Counted from the stretch's first letter, positions 8,583 to 19,218 are shown. The stretch: 52,890 bases of DNA from a virus (IMGVR_UViG_3300033412_000021:1-52890); one strand, 5' to 3'. Notes: a model not told the origin generated them from the sequence alone. A program made the numbers and translations.

Positions 8583-8931
8583 GACCCATCTCCCTCTCCC
8601 GGGCCCGAAGCCACCGGGTACCCCGATGCATATGGGCTGGCTTCTTGACCTTCTCCTCGGACACGAGCTGCAACGGCACGTCAGTGAACTTGTCGAACTC
8701 TGTTAGCAGGATCCGCGCCCGGCGCCCCACCCACCACTGGTCCCGGTCGGTGACAACGATCTCGAACTCCAGCACCCCGAACGCCATGCCCCGGATCTCC
8801 GCGTTGTAGAAGTTCTGCGGGAACTCGGCCATCACATTCTCAAGGACCGCCCGGACTTGGACGCCAAGCGTTTCCGCGTCCGTCGGGACGTCGGGTGTGT
8901 AGCGCCACGTGTACTTGCGGTGGGTCCACAT
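8575..8931 (-). CDS. Hypothetical protein
   Basis: Contiguous downstream of the lysin. Confidence 0.55.
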   Translation of the reverse strand: MWTHRKYTWRYTPDVPTDAETLGVQVRAVLENVMAEFPQNFYNAEIRGMAFGVLEFEIVVTDRDQWWVGRRARILLTEFDKFTDVPLQLVSEEKVKKPAHMHRGTRWLRAREREMGHG

Positions 8932-8932
8932 G

Positions 8933-9700
8933 CTAAAAGTTGGCCGTCCAGGTGCCGTTGAACGTGCCTCCGGTCGCGGCCCCGCCCGAACCCCCGGCCA
9001 GGATCCGGTCCAGCTTCTCGTCCATGGCCGCCAGGCGGGCCTCGATCCGCTTCTGGCTGTCCAGCAGAGTGGACAGTGTGCCGCCGTTGGTGGATGCCTG
9101 GGAATCGATCTTCTTCCACAGGGCGACAGCCTTCACCACAGCGCTGTAGCCGCCGTACCCGCCGACTACCTTCGTCTTATCCGCCGCCGGGATCTTCACC
9201 ATGTCCGCCAGCTCGGCCATCGCCTGAGCGAAGAACGCGCCGGTGTACTCCTCAAGCCACATCGGGTCAGTCACGAAACCCTCCAAGTCCCAAAGGGTGC
9301 TGGTGTCGCTGATCGGCGCGTCCAACACCGAAACGTGTACGTGGTTGGTGTGCAGGTCCTCGCCGGAGTACGGCCGCCACGTCCATGCCGGGTAGCTACT
9401 CGTAGCGTACGAGGAGAACATCCTCTTGTTGCTGATGACGTACTTGATCCGCGCGTCACGGTGGATCCGCAGCACCTCGGCGAACTTGTACGAGTCGAAG
9501 CCGCCATCCGGATCGTGGGTAAGGTCAAGCGCGGTCACCATCTCCGAGCCGACGCCGGGCACGTTGTGCGGGCAGTGGTCGGAGGTCGTCGGATGGTTCT
9601 GGTCGCAGACCGTCCCGTCGGCACCCTTGTTTCGGTTGGGTGCGATCAGGTTCACCTGGTTGCGTAGAACCAGGATGCTGTTCATTGCCCGCCAGGCCAT
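8933..9700 (-). CDS. Endolysin, zinc-peptidase (LAS/M15-like) type with coiled-coil C-terminus
   Basis: SDH...ALDL...IKYVIS...WTWRPYSG..HTNHVHVS (H-x-D...HxH); follows a holin-like gene. Confidence 0.75.
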   Translation of the reverse strand: MAWRAMNSILVLRNQVNLIAPNRNKGADGTVCDQNHPTTSDHCPHNVPGVGSEMVTALDLTHDPDGGFDSYKFAEVLRIHRDARIKYVISNKRMFSSYATSSYPAWTWRPYSGEDLHTNHVHVSVLDAPISDTSTLWDLEGFVTDPMWLEEYTGAFFAQAMAELADMVKIPAADKTKVVGGYGGYSAVVKAVALWKKIDSQASTNGGTLSTLLDSQKRIEARLAAMDEKLDRILAGGSGGAATGGTFNGTWTANF

Positions 9701-10086
9701 CAGGGCACCAGCTCTTCAGGGATCTTCGCGTCCGGCGGCACCAGCGCCGCCAGAGCAATGGTCACCTTGTGCTGCGCGTCGAGCTGCTGGCGCATCTCCT
9801 GGCGCTCCAGGGCAGCCTGGGCCCGCTCGAAAGCCATCTGGGTACGCAGCGCTTCGTTGTTGCCGTTGGCCAGCTCTTTGACCTGGCCGATCTGCTCGGA
9901 CGAGACGGCGTTGTTCTTGTAGTTCTGGGCGGCATTGAACCCGAGGGCGCCCAGGATCAGTACCCCGAGGCTGGCGATGGCTCCTAGCTGCTGACCGAGC
10001 GCCACCAGCAGCACCAGTGTGGTGCACAAGATGAGCACCAGGGAGACCACGTGCCATCCATTCAGCTTGTCCATGATCCCTCGCAT
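9700..10086 (-). CDS. Holin-like 2-TM membrane protein
   Basis: Two N-terminal hydrophobic helices plus a coiled coil, directly upstream of the lysin. Confidence 0.65.
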   Translation of the reverse strand: MRGIMDKLNGWHVVSLVLILCTTLVLLVALGQQLGAIASLGVLILGALGFNAAQNYKNNAVSSEQIGQVKELANGNNEALRTQMAFERAQAALERQEMRQQLDAQHKVTIALAALVPPDAKIPEELVP

Positions 10087-10122
10087 TCTCCGATCATGTC
10101 ACCTTTGTACCCGTTTGACCAG

Positions 10123-10815
10123 TTAGGCCACTCGCCACACGTGCATCCTGCTGCGCGCTCGAAGCGTCGTGTTCGTTGCCAGAGCCGACGCCTGGGCAAA
10201 CTGCATTTGCACCGTGCCGTTGGCGCCCGCGATGATCTCCCCAATGATTGAACCAGTGATCACGGTGCCGACACCCGAACCGCCATAAGTGATGCCAACA
10301 CCGGACGTGTTCTGGGTGGCGTTCTTCACGACACCCGGAGAAGTTGCACCTACATCCATCATTCCGATGCCACCCCAGCGCACCGTGGAACCACCCGGCC
10401 ACGTGTATGCGAACTGGATGTCCTCGGTAGTCGACGAGTCGTAGAACAGATCGCAGCGCCACTGATACGTGGCCGAAGTCACCACAGTGAAAGAGAACCC
10501 GGTCACGTTGGTCAAGGCGGCGCTGTTGTTGACGACCTGATCGACGGTGATCCGCAGCTGCCCGTACAGGGCGCGGGTGAACAGGGAGACCCAGTTTGCC
10601 GAGTCGAAGATCTCCGATCGGTCCACGTCGAGTAGCGCCGAAATCTCATTCTCGTTCGGGGCTGCGTTACGGCCGGTCCGGTCGGCGATGGAGGCATACC
10701 GCTGGGCCAGCCGGTTCTCCATGACGCCGTCCCACGACACCTGCGCGGACGGCAGGTTCGCCGGGTCGCCGCCCTGCTGCTCCGGAATGCCCTGGTTGGC
10801 ACTGTTGACAGGCAT
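10123..10815 (-). CDS. Minor tail / receptor-binding protein
   Basis: End of the tail module; RYASIADR motif; beta-rich C-terminus. Confidence 0.65.
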   Translation of the reverse strand: MPVNSANQGIPEQQGGDPANLPSAQVSWDGVMENRLAQRYASIADRTGRNAAPNENEISALLDVDRSEIFDSANWVSLFTRALYGQLRITVDQVVNNSAALTNVTGFSFTVVTSATYQWRCDLFYDSSTTEDIQFAYTWPGGSTVRWGGIGMMDVGATSPGVVKNATQNTSGVGITYGGSGVGTVITGSIIGEIIAGANGTVQMQFAQASALATNTTLRARSRMHVWRVA

Positions 10816-10816
10816 A

Positions 10817-11371
10817 TCAGACTCCGTAAGAAACGAGGACAGCCGCAAGCTGCGGGAAGGTGCTGAAGTTGTCGGTGCCGGTGATGGTGACCCGGACCGT
10901 GATCTGATCGGCAACAGCAAATCGCTGCAAGATCTCCACCGGGATGGGGGTGGGTGGCGATGTCCCGGCGAAACCCGGACCCGACTTGAAAGAGGAGATC
11001 GGGTTGCCGTTGAGCAGGATCTCGCACTTGTGCGACGTGTTATTCGACAGGTTCGTGGAACAGACCACGGTCACCAGATAGGTGCCTGCGGTATTGATGG
11101 TGACGATGGTCGGCGCTGCCGCCGTCCACATCCCATTCGTATCGACGTCCTCGGTGTTGAATGAGACGACGACGGGGACACCGACGGTAAAAGGCGTACC
11201 GGCAGTGTTGCGCAGCAGGACCGCCGGGCGCAGCAGTGCTGTGGTTGCCGAGGCGTCCACAGTGGAGATCGCCGCTTCGGTTCCCCGAGCCAGAAGTTCA
11301 AAGTTCGATGGGTTGACGGCCTCGGTCACGCAGGGGACTGTGATCCCAAAAGCGGGGCTGGTGTATGGCAT
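10817..11371 (-). CDS. Minor tail protein (C1q/TNF-like jelly-roll)
   Basis: VSFNTEDVDTNGMW...VTINTAGTYLV. Confidence 0.65.
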   Translation of the reverse strand: MPYTSPAFGITVPCVTEAVNPSNFELLARGTEAAISTVDASATTALLRPAVLLRNTAGTPFTVGVPVVVSFNTEDVDTNGMWTAAAPTIVTINTAGTYLVTVVCSTNLSNNTSHKCEILLNGNPISSFKSGPGFAGTSPPTPIPVEILQRFAVADQITVRVTITGTDNFSTFPQLAAVLVSYGV

Positions 11372-11997
11372 CAGATCACCAGTCCCGTTCCCAGGTACTG
11401 CACCCAATAGCGGGCCCCAGTGTTGACCTGCATCGTGGAAGCGGTGTTCTTGTGGACGAAGTTGACGAGCAGCAGATAGTTGCGCAGCCCGTCAGCGAAG
11501 AACATCCCTGTCACCGTGGCCGCGTCCGCTCCGGTGTTCGATTCATAGGTGCTGTGTACCGACTGCTGGTCCCACTGGTTGATGCCGTTGACGGCATATG
11601 ACCAGGTGAGGATCAGGTCCCGGCGCGTGTTGGCGCTGACTGCTCCAGTTGTCTGGAATGTGCAGGTCGCCCCGGCCAGATACCACCCGGCCGGGGGAAC
11701 AGTCATCGTTGGCAGCCCCGACAGCCCGAATGCTGTCGTCGAATGGGCCAAGCTGCTGACTGCTACACCACCACTTGGCTGGGTGCCCAGGACGAAGTCG
11801 TTCAGGGTGTTGTTGGACGTGGCGCTGGCGGTGGTTACCGCTGTTGCCCAGGGTCGGTTGTTGTAGGCGGTCAGCCCCGTATTCAGGGTGAGCAGGGAGC
11901 TGTCCGCCTGCGCGGCGGAACACTGTTCGGCCAGCGCGACAGCTGCGTAGTCCTTGCCGGTCAGGCAGATCAGACCGCTGTCGGTCGTCTTCGTCAT
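11371..11997 (-). CDS. Minor tail protein
   Basis: Tail module position; Thr/Ala/Gly-rich. Confidence 0.6.
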   Translation of the reverse strand: MTKTTDSGLICLTGKDYAAVALAEQCSAAQADSSLLTLNTGLTAYNNRPWATAVTTASATSNNTLNDFVLGTQPSGGVAVSSLAHSTTAFGLSGLPTMTVPPAGWYLAGATCTFQTTGAVSANTRRDLILTWSYAVNGINQWDQQSVHSTYESNTGADAATVTGMFFADGLRNYLLLVNFVHKNTASTMQVNTGARYWVQYLGTGLVI

Positions 11998-12590
11998 GGC
12001 AGATCACACAGCCAGAACAGGCCCATCTCGGCCCGCTGAACAGTGACCACATCGGCCCCCTGGATGAATGGCGCATAGGTCATGGTGATCGCAGTCCCGG
12101 AGGTGGTCACGAACCATGATCCGGTGGCCGACTGGTAGATGGGGGTGCCGCTGGTGTAGGGCATGCTGTCGAACAAGAAGTTGCCCCCGGCCCCGGCGAT
12201 GTCGACATGGATCGATGATGTGGTGAGCAGGGCCGCGCCGGTACTTGTGGAGTAGAGGAACGCGTAGGCCCCATAGACGCCGGGGGTGTTGACCGTCACC
12301 TGGTCCGGGAACGCGGCGGTGAACATGTTGTCCGTGTCAACCAGGGCAGAGTCGAAGACGATCAAGCTGCTGGGGACGCCGGGCCCATACAGGGTGGGCA
12401 CCGTCATCGCGACCTTCACCATCGGCGTGGTCACCGAGGTCCGGTTCGCCACCCCCTGCAACCTGTCGATCTCCTCCTGGACCGCGTCGTTGAACGCGCA
12501 CATGGTGTCGTCGATGTTGCACGGCGCCGAGGCCCCCGTGGCGTACGGCAGCTGGTAGATCGGGGTGCAGGTGTCGCCGACGAAGCTCAT
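11994..12590 (-). CDS. Minor tail protein (C1q-like)
   Basis: IVFDSALVDTDNMF...VTVNTPGVY, similar to 10817-11371. Confidence 0.65.
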   Translation of the reverse strand: MSFVGDTCTPIYQLPYATGASAPCNIDDTMCAFNDAVQEEIDRLQGVANRTSVTTPMVKVAMTVPTLYGPGVPSSLIVFDSALVDTDNMFTAAFPDQVTVNTPGVYGAYAFLYSTSTGAALLTTSSIHVDIAGAGGNFLFDSMPYTSGTPIYQSATGSWFVTTSGTAITMTYAPFIQGADVVTVQRAEMGLFWLCDLP

Positions 12591-13075
12591 TGGGTGTACT
12601 CCTGGGCCTGCCACTGGACATCGACGTTGATGGTGCCCGGAGCGGCTCCGAAGATGAATGCCGTGAAGCCGGTGGTGCTGACACCGATAGCCCGTGAACC
12701 CCATCCGGCGACAGACCCGGACCCGGAGTTGATGTTGGTGGCAATGGCCGGGAGCCGGGTGAACGGCCGGGCGAACGTAACCACTGCGGTTGCCGAAGTG
12801 GCGGCGACTACCACAACGATCACCGATCCGGACTGGAACACCGGACCGGTCGCCGTGTTGTCCGCCGACGACGTCTTGCCGAGGATCAGCCACGTCTGGT
12901 CCTGGCGCAGCACTGCCACGTTGTCTCCGACGACCGGGGTGTACGAGCCGACCGCGTGACCGGGTAGCGACGTGCCCTGCACGTTCACGGTTACGGGGGC
13001 GACACTGTCGATGATCCCGACCCGCATCCGGTCGTCGGGGGGCAGCGCTTCTTGGATCGCCTGGGGCAGCGTCAT
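12587..13075 (-). CDS. Minor tail protein (OB-like N-terminus, H-lectin-like C-terminus)
   Basis: SYTPVVGDNVAVL...WLILG; VTFARPFTRLP...STTGFT. Confidence 0.65.
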   Translation of the reverse strand: MTLPQAIQEALPPDDRMRVGIIDSVAPVTVNVQGTSLPGHAVGSYTPVVGDNVAVLRQDQTWLILGKTSSADNTATGPVFQSGSVIVVVVAATSATAVVTFARPFTRLPAIATNINSGSGSVAGWGSRAIGVSTTGFTAFIFGAAPGTINVDVQWQAQEYTQ

Positions 13076-14205
13076 GATGCGTCCAGCAGTCCGGGAACCT
13101 GGGCGCGACCGGTGACACTCATGGCACCAGCAGCCTCCAGGGATATGACAAAAGCGGACACAACTTGAATAATGCCCGATTCGCCCCGAGCATTCAAGGT
13201 CACTACGTCCCCCAGCTCCAGCGCAGCGTCCATCGGCTGCCCCCACGCCCACGTTTCCGTCAACGCGATCGACGCCCTGAGATAGTCATTCGCCGCCGTT
13301 TGTGCTGACCCTTGAGTCTGGGGGGTCTGCAAGTTCAAGGTCGTGTGCCGCAAGCCGAAGTTCCCACGAACATAGGTAGGGCTCGCTGGGTTCAGGTCCT
13401 GCGCCAGCGCCCACACGGGGGCAGAACCGTCGGCTCGCTCCCCCGTGACTGTGACCGAGTTGTAGATGTTCTGCCGCCCCCTACTCGGAGCGGCCCTAAC
13501 GGTGCCACCAGTGCCATCCGTGAGTGTCAACACTGACGGTGCGCCTGTAGCGAAGGCGTATTTGCGCAGGACGAAATCGCCATTGGCCAAGGCATACCAG
13601 TACGTCCCGGCGGAACGTGTCATCTCGTCGAGGGCACCCGCCCGATCCGACTCCCACGTCAACTGCGGGACAGGCAGGGGCACGGGGTCGCTGGCGCCAA
13701 AGGTCGCATCGGGTACGCCGTCGGTCACTAGTCGTTGGAACTCGGCGTACACGGTGTTGCCAACAGTCGAGTTCTCCGGGCGGACGAACTTTGCTTCGAC
13801 TACCTCGTTAGCCCGGTCCATCGCACCGACGGTGACCTGGCCGTTAGCAGAGTTCACGTCGTCCTGGAGCCGACCGGTAAAGATCACCCATCGGTAGGTT
13901 GTTCCTTCAGCGAACTGGATCCCAGCCCAGACCCGGACCCGGTTACCGTAGGGCGCCAGGATGAACCCTGGTCCCACTGGGTACAGGGTTTCGTCGAGGG
14001 TCAGGTCCAGGGCGCGGGTGGTTCGGTTCCCCAGCGTCGCGGAGACAGTTCCCCCGATGAAGATCAGACCGCCCTCGTCGGAGCGTCGGTCGGCCGGGAC
14101 TGGCAGCACATTCCCGGCCCCGTCCAGAACCTCCACAAGGAAGTAGGGGCTGTGAGAAGTTGCCAGAGCCTGGCGGTAGGTGGCGTCGAGCCCCCCGGGC
14201 AGCAT
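13072..14205 (-). CDS. Minor tail / baseplate hub protein
   Basis: Second gene after the tape measure; LAPYGNRVRVWAGI, YNSVTVTGE, SPTYVRGNFG. Confidence 0.75.
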   Translation of the reverse strand: MLPGGLDATYRQALATSHSPYFLVEVLDGAGNVLPVPADRRSDEGGLIFIGGTVSATLGNRTTRALDLTLDETLYPVGPGFILAPYGNRVRVWAGIQFAEGTTYRWVIFTGRLQDDVNSANGQVTVGAMDRANEVVEAKFVRPENSTVGNTVYAEFQRLVTDGVPDATFGASDPVPLPVPQLTWESDRAGALDEMTRSAGTYWYALANGDFVLRKYAFATGAPSVLTLTDGTGGTVRAAPSRGRQNIYNSVTVTGERADGSAPVWALAQDLNPASPTYVRGNFGLRHTTLNLQTPQTQGSAQTAANDYLRASIALTETWAWGQPMDAALELGDVVTLNARGESGIIQVVSAFVISLEAAGAMSVTGRAQVPGLLDAS

Positions 14206-15830
14206 CAGGCACCATCCAGCAAGTCGTCCCAGTCGGCGTTGCCCGCGTTGACGGCAGTCCAGTTGGCGTAGGTGGCGTTGACATCGTTCCAGGTGCGCTC
14301 CACCGTATCCGGGATCGGGGTGTCGTTGGACGCCTTGCCGCGCAGCAGATCCGCCCACGTCAGCCCGGCGGCAGCCACTGCGTTCCAGGTGGCGTAGATG
14401 TCGCATAGGTCATCGACCCGCGTACCGCATACGCCCTGGCTGGGGCCTGACGGGCGGGCCACCTCACTGTGGGGCATTGTGATTGCCCGTGGAGTCACCC
14501 GATGGTCGGAGACGGGACGCACCTCGACCACATCATCTACGCTCATGTACCTGTCGTTGATGCCGTACTGCGCAGGTCCGCGCAGGAACAGGGGAGACCC
14601 CGGATCGTTGAGCCTACGCATCGCATCCCGGTCCGGGAACGTCCGCGAAACCACAGTTAGCGTGGATGTAAGCGCCTGCCGCTGACGGTTGATCGCAATC
14701 GGATACTTCGAGTTCACCGGCATGAACAGCCCGGAGTTCGCCGGGGCGGTCTCGTCGGCCATGTTCCCGAAGAAGAGCCCCTGTGTGGGAACACAGGCCG
14801 GGTCGATCGGGGCGTCGAACAGCAGCGTCACATCGTTGCAGGGGCGGACGGGGTCGCCGAGGCGGAAGTCACCAGACGACGGCACCACCAGATCGTCGGA
14901 GCAGGTTTCGATTACCTGGTCTTCGGCGCAGGGGTCGTAGGCCCGGTAGTTGTCGAAGGCGGCGATCGGGTTGACGTTGGTGTTACCCGCTTCGGCCCGT
15001 GACAGCAGCATGCCCTCGGTGAACACGGTGATACCAGTGTCGTTGCCGGTCAGGGTCCAGTCGGGGGGCTCGGGAGATGTTGTGGGCCAGATCTTGACAC
15101 GTTGCAGCCCAACGTAGGACTCCTGGGTGACGGTGAACTGGGTCCCGGCAGCATAGGTTCCGACGGTGATTGCTGCGGTGACAACAGTGCCGACACCGGC
15201 GAGCAGCCGGTTAATACCGATTTGCACGTTTCCGGCGGTGGTGAAGTCAACCCGGGCCTGGTACTGGTTGTTCAGGTCTGAGCCGAGCCCCATGCGGGCG
15301 GTGAGGCTAGCTCCCGTTGCCAGTTGCGACATGTTCATCTGTACCTGGTGGGCGCTGATGGTGACACCACCGGCACTGATCTCCGCGTTGCGCATCACGT
15401 TGACTGTCGACATAGTCTGGAAGCCCTTGGTGCCGTTGACGAGGAAGTCGGCGGCCGCCGGACCTGTCGTCGTCCACACCTGCCCCGACGTGGCCGTGCC
15501 CCACGAGTTGGCCACGTTGCGGGTGAACAGGTCGAAGATCAAATCATCAACTGGCTCGGTAACCAAGGCCCCAGCCGCGTCGATCGCCTGGGTGCAGTAG
15601 TAGACGCAGCGATCCAGCTGCGGCTCGGTATCCCAGAAAATCCCGTAACCGCACGACAGGGTCAGGAAGTCCCCGTTGAAACAGACGTACGGGCGCAGTG
15701 GCACCCGCTCACCAGTCAAGCAGTCCACACGGTAGACAGCTGCACCTGTGGCATTGCCAAGGTCAGCCCAGTTCACCTCGACCCGCACATACGCCGGGGC
15801 TGGGTACAGCATGGTGGAGATAGCTGGCAC
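14205..15830 (-). CDS. Distal tail-like protein with an inserted beta-sandwich domain
   Basis: First gene after the tape measure; DLFTRNVANSWGTATSGQVW insertion. Confidence 0.7.
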   Translation of the reverse strand: MPAISTMLYPAPAYVRVEVNWADLGNATGAAVYRVDCLTGERVPLRPYVCFNGDFLTLSCGYGIFWDTEPQLDRCVYYCTQAIDAAGALVTEPVDDLIFDLFTRNVANSWGTATSGQVWTTTGPAAADFLVNGTKGFQTMSTVNVMRNAEISAGGVTISAHQVQMNMSQLATGASLTARMGLGSDLNNQYQARVDFTTAGNVQIGINRLLAGVGTVVTAAITVGTYAAGTQFTVTQESYVGLQRVKIWPTTSPEPPDWTLTGNDTGITVFTEGMLLSRAEAGNTNVNPIAAFDNYRAYDPCAEDQVIETCSDDLVVPSSGDFRLGDPVRPCNDVTLLFDAPIDPACVPTQGLFFGNMADETAPANSGLFMPVNSKYPIAINRQRQALTSTLTVVSRTFPDRDAMRRLNDPGSPLFLRGPAQYGINDRYMSVDDVVEVRPVSDHRVTPRAITMPHSEVARPSGPSQGVCGTRVDDLCDIYATWNAVAAAGLTWADLLRGKASNDTPIPDTVERTWNDVNATYANWTAVNAGNADWDDLLDGA

Positions 15831-15831
15831 G

Positions 15832-17700
15832 TCAGCTCCTCGGTCCCGTGGTCAACTGCCGGGCAGTGGCCCGATTCGCTTGAGCAATGCGGTAGTCCGT
15901 CCGGGCGTCGAGCTGCTCGTTGCCGACGAACACGTTCACCACAGGCTGCTGGCCACCTGCGAGGACGTCGAGCATCCCCGCCTCGGCCAAGATGGAGCGG
16001 TTGCGGGCGACAGAGTTGGCGGGGTCGAGGATCGGTTCGCCTTGGTGAACTACGGCCATCTCGTCGTGGGGGACAACGCCGCCGCCCGAGAACCGGTCAA
16101 GGACGACACCGCCAAGGCCGCCGAGTGCCTGGCCGGGGGTTACCTTCTTGATCGGATGGGAGTTGATCCACTTGATGGCTTCCGCAATTGCCAGATAGGT
16201 TCCCAGGATCAGCTTGACGAACTTCAGCGCGATCTCCAGCGCGTCCGCAAATTGCCCAGCCAGGGTCACCAGGTCCTGCATCGCCTTCTTGCCCTCGGGG
16301 GACTTGATCCACGCGGTGATCTTGTCGAGGGTCTTGGTGACCTTCTCCAAGAAGCTGCGTCCACCCTCGTCGGTCTGGGCGAACATCTCCCCGAACAAGG
16401 TGATCAGCGACTGGATCAGATTCCAGATGGCCTTCAAGTCGTCCTTGCCACGCTGTAGCCACTTCTCGAACCGGCCGTCGGTGATCGCCCCCTCGATCCA
16501 CCCGCCAAACTTTGTCAGGAAGTCGCTGAACGCCTGCAACAGATCCAACACCATCGGCAGTGCAGCCTGAGCAGCCAATGTCAACGCCGTGAACAGCCCC
16601 GCGAGGACTGTCGAGTTGTTGGACAGGAACGTTGCGATCATGTCCATGATCTCGATAAGGGCGCCGGTGACCTCGGGGCTGGCCAAAGCCGCCAGCAGGT
16701 TCTGGATCCCCACACCCAGCGCCGAGGCGATGTTTGAGAAGCCGACCAGAAGCACCGACAGGATCTCACTCAGCGTCGGACCCAGCTGCTGCAAGATAGG
16801 ATCGAAGAACGCCTTCTGAACAGTCTTCTGGAGACGCTCCAGTTCCGTGCGGAACGGCCGGATCGTCTTGACCAGCGCCTGCATCGTCGGACTGAGCTTC
16901 TTCAGCCCCTCGGCGAACTTCTTCGGATCCTTCTCGAAGACCAGCGACATGGCGTCGCCGAGGCCCTTGAACGCAAGCACCAGCGGCAAGATGACGGTCA
17001 GCAGCACGCTGAGCGCCGCCGGGAGAAGCAGGGCCAGGTTCAGCAGGCCAGCGAACGGGGCGAGGATGACAACCAGCACCCCGGCGAGGGCAACAACAGC
17101 ACCGACAAGCAGGCCGATCATCACCACCGCGCCGATCAGCCCCGGCAGGAACCCGATGATCTGGGAGCCGAACGCCAGCCACGCCTTGCCCGCTGCGGAA
17201 GCAGCTGAGGCGAAGTTGCCCAGCACTTCGGTCGTGTCGACAGCGAGGCCGAACAGCACCTTGAACCCGGCGATGGAAGCAGCGCCGAAGGCGGCGGCGA
17301 GCCCGACGCTTGCTTTCCCAGCGCGGCCCATGGACAGGGCAAGCCTGCCTATGCGTTGGGTGAGTCGGCCCGCAGAAGCGATCATCTGACCGAACAGACG
17401 GGTCAGGATGAAGTTGCCCTTCGACATCTTGTCAAAGGGCGCTAGGAGCTTATCGACCCAGCTCTTGCCTTCCTCGCCGATCTTGTTGCCGGTTTTGCGG
17501 AAGCTTTGGCGAATCTTCTCGGAGTCTTTGTCGACGCCGTGGGCAACACCCTGGGCAATCTTCTGCCCGATCCCCACAGTCTCGGGGCTGATCTTCGCGT
17601 CTACCGACTTCAGGATCGCCTTGAGCTGAGTGGCCAGTTCGCGGGCAAACGGCTTGGTGTCCGCATGCACCTCGATGAAGGCTTCGCCCAGCGTCGTCAC
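15832..17700 (-). CDS. Tape measure protein
   Basis: LGEAFIEVHADTKPF N-terminus; long amphipathic and hydrophobic helices; follows the chaperone genes. Confidence 0.88.
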   Translation of the reverse strand: MTTLGEAFIEVHADTKPFARELATQLKAILKSVDAKISPETVGIGQKIAQGVAHGVDKDSEKIRQSFRKTGNKIGEEGKSWVDKLLAPFDKMSKGNFILTRLFGQMIASAGRLTQRIGRLALSMGRAGKASVGLAAAFGAASIAGFKVLFGLAVDTTEVLGNFASAASAAGKAWLAFGSQIIGFLPGLIGAVVMIGLLVGAVVALAGVLVVILAPFAGLLNLALLLPAALSVLLTVILPLVLAFKGLGDAMSLVFEKDPKKFAEGLKKLSPTMQALVKTIRPFRTELERLQKTVQKAFFDPILQQLGPTLSEILSVLLVGFSNIASALGVGIQNLLAALASPEVTGALIEIMDMIATFLSNNSTVLAGLFTALTLAAQAALPMVLDLLQAFSDFLTKFGGWIEGAITDGRFEKWLQRGKDDLKAIWNLIQSLITLFGEMFAQTDEGGRSFLEKVTKTLDKITAWIKSPEGKKAMQDLVTLAGQFADALEIALKFVKLILGTYLAIAEAIKWINSHPIKKVTPGQALGGLGGVVLDRFSGGGVVPHDEMAVVHQGEPILDPANSVARNRSILAEAGMLDVLAGGQQPVVNVFVGNEQLDARTDYRIAQANRATARQLTTGPRS

Positions 17701-17733
17701 AGAAGAATCATAGAGGCCAAAACGGACGAAAGG

Positions 17734-18333
17734 CTACCTACTGCCCTTCATCGCCGCAAGGAAGGCAAGACTGTTCGCCTCCTCGTCAAAGTTGCGCCCC
17801 TCCGAAGGCGGTGGTGTCGTCAGGGCCCGGCTGAACTCCTCGGCAGTCTTCGGCTTCTGGCCATGAAGGATCAAGTAGATGAACGTTGTATAGGCGGCAT
17901 CCAGCCAATACGACAGTGGCACCCCGAACGGCGTGACCCCGTTCCTCGCCAGCTCCCCGCCGACCGACTCCCAGTTCTTGCGCAACGAGTAGCACAGCCG
18001 TGAAGTGATCCACCAGGCCCGACCGGACACCGATTCGAGCATGTCCAGGATCGCCCGCTCCAGATCCTCCGGCAGGATGTCTCCCGCCAACAGCATCTGG
18101 TTGACCTCCAGCACCGTCTCCGGCCCCGCCAGCCCCGGGAACAGGGCCTCGAAGTCGACAGTCTCCGCCAGGAGGACCTCCAGCCATGTCGCCGCGTCCA
18201 GCGACGGCACCCGGAACTCCTTGCCACCCAGCGAAACAGTCGCCCCCCACATTGTCATCGAGGCAACAGGATCCGGGTTCACCGCAGACAAAGTGATGCG
18301 CTCCGGGCCCCTCTGGGTGGGACTACTTGGCAC
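17734..18333 (-). CDS. Tail assembly chaperone (second)
   Basis: Immediately upstream of the tape measure gene. Confidence 0.55.
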   Translation of the reverse strand: MPSSPTQRGPERITLSAVNPDPVASMTMWGATVSLGGKEFRVPSLDAATWLEVLLAETVDFEALFPGLAGPETVLEVNQMLLAGDILPEDLERAILDMLESVSGRAWWITSRLCYSLRKNWESVGGELARNGVTPFGVPLSYWLDAAYTTFIYLILHGQKPKTAEEFSRALTTPPPSEGRNFDEEANSLAFLAAMKGSR

Positions 18334-18706
18334 GGGTCGCCTTCTTCGCGGGCGTCTTCTCCTTCTCCGTCTTCGGAGTCATGTCGTCGATCAGTTGGTG
18401 GATGTGCTCCAACTCCAGCTCTCCGGCCAGCATCTGCTCCGTCAACCACTCCTGGTCGATAGGGTCCACGGCCAGACGCTGGATCATTGTCAGAAGCTGT
18501 CCGATGCCGTCCATCCCAGCCGACAGGGCTCGCTTAGACGACTCAGACAGGGGCTGGCCGTCGGCTTCGGTGATGGAACTAGCAGCAGCCGACGCGATCT
18601 TCCCGATCCGGTGGGCCATGGTGAGCTGGACTTCGTTGAACGGTTTGAAGATGATGGGCCGTCCGAGCACCATCACGGAGATCAGTTCCTTGGGCTTCTC
18701 AACCAT
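18323..18706 (-). CDS. Tail assembly chaperone (first)
   Basis: Position; leaderless start TAAGTT-N6-ATG. Confidence 0.5.
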   Translation of the reverse strand: MVEKPKELISVMVLGRPIIFKPFNEVQLTMAHRIGKIASAAASSITEADGQPLSESSKRALSAGMDGIGQLLTMIQRLAVDPIDQEWLTEQMLAGELELEHIHQLIDDMTPKTEKEKTPAKKATRAK

Positions 18707-18723
18707 AAGCGGAACTTACCAGA

Positions 18724-19218
18724 TTAGGACAAATCTGACCACAAGGTCCGGGTCACCACACGGTATCCCATCCCCCGGCCAACGATTCGCAGTGTCCGAG
18801 TCAGATAGCCGTTGCCGTCCATGCCGGGGTGACGGACAAACTTGAGGGCCACGTGTCCGTCGTAGCGACCGCCACGGGTGCGGGGGATGTACGCCGGTCC
18901 TTTGTCCCACTTGAACGACAGGTACTTCTTGAACCGGGGCTTGATGATGTGGAAGTCAGCGCCGCTATTCGCGGCTGCCGCATAGTCCAGGTTGGAGCCT
19001 ACGCGGCCAGTGACCTCGGTCCAGGTGCCGCCCATGCTCCGACCGATCGAAGCTCGCAGACGTCCGCCTAGGCGGCCGTTCTCGTTCGGCTTACGGACCG
19101 GGGCCTCAGCTTTCGCCATCGACTCCATGCGAACCGTTGTCTTCGTCACGTACTTCCACGTCAGCTGGTGGCTGTGGGACCTCACCATCGCCTTGTCCAG
19201 CCTTAGCCTGTTTGCCAC
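18724..19218 (-). CDS. HK97 gp10-like tail completion protein
   Basis: AKAEAPV...GRLRASI...VGSNLDYA...VRHPG...YL. Confidence 0.75.
   Translation of the reverse strand: MANRLRLDKAMVRSHSHQLTWKYVTKTTVRMESMAKAEAPVRKPNENGRLGGRLRASIGRSMGGTWTEVTGRVGSNLDYAAAANSGADFHIIKPRFKKYLSFKWDKGPAYIPRTRGGRYDGHVALKFVRHPGMDGNGYLTRTLRIVGRGMGYRVVTRTLWSDLS

Noticed and set aside
18300-18380. Programmed frameshift between the tail assembly chaperones
   Set aside because: No clear XXXYYYZ slippery site was seen, and the second ORF has its own GTG and purine-rich RBS
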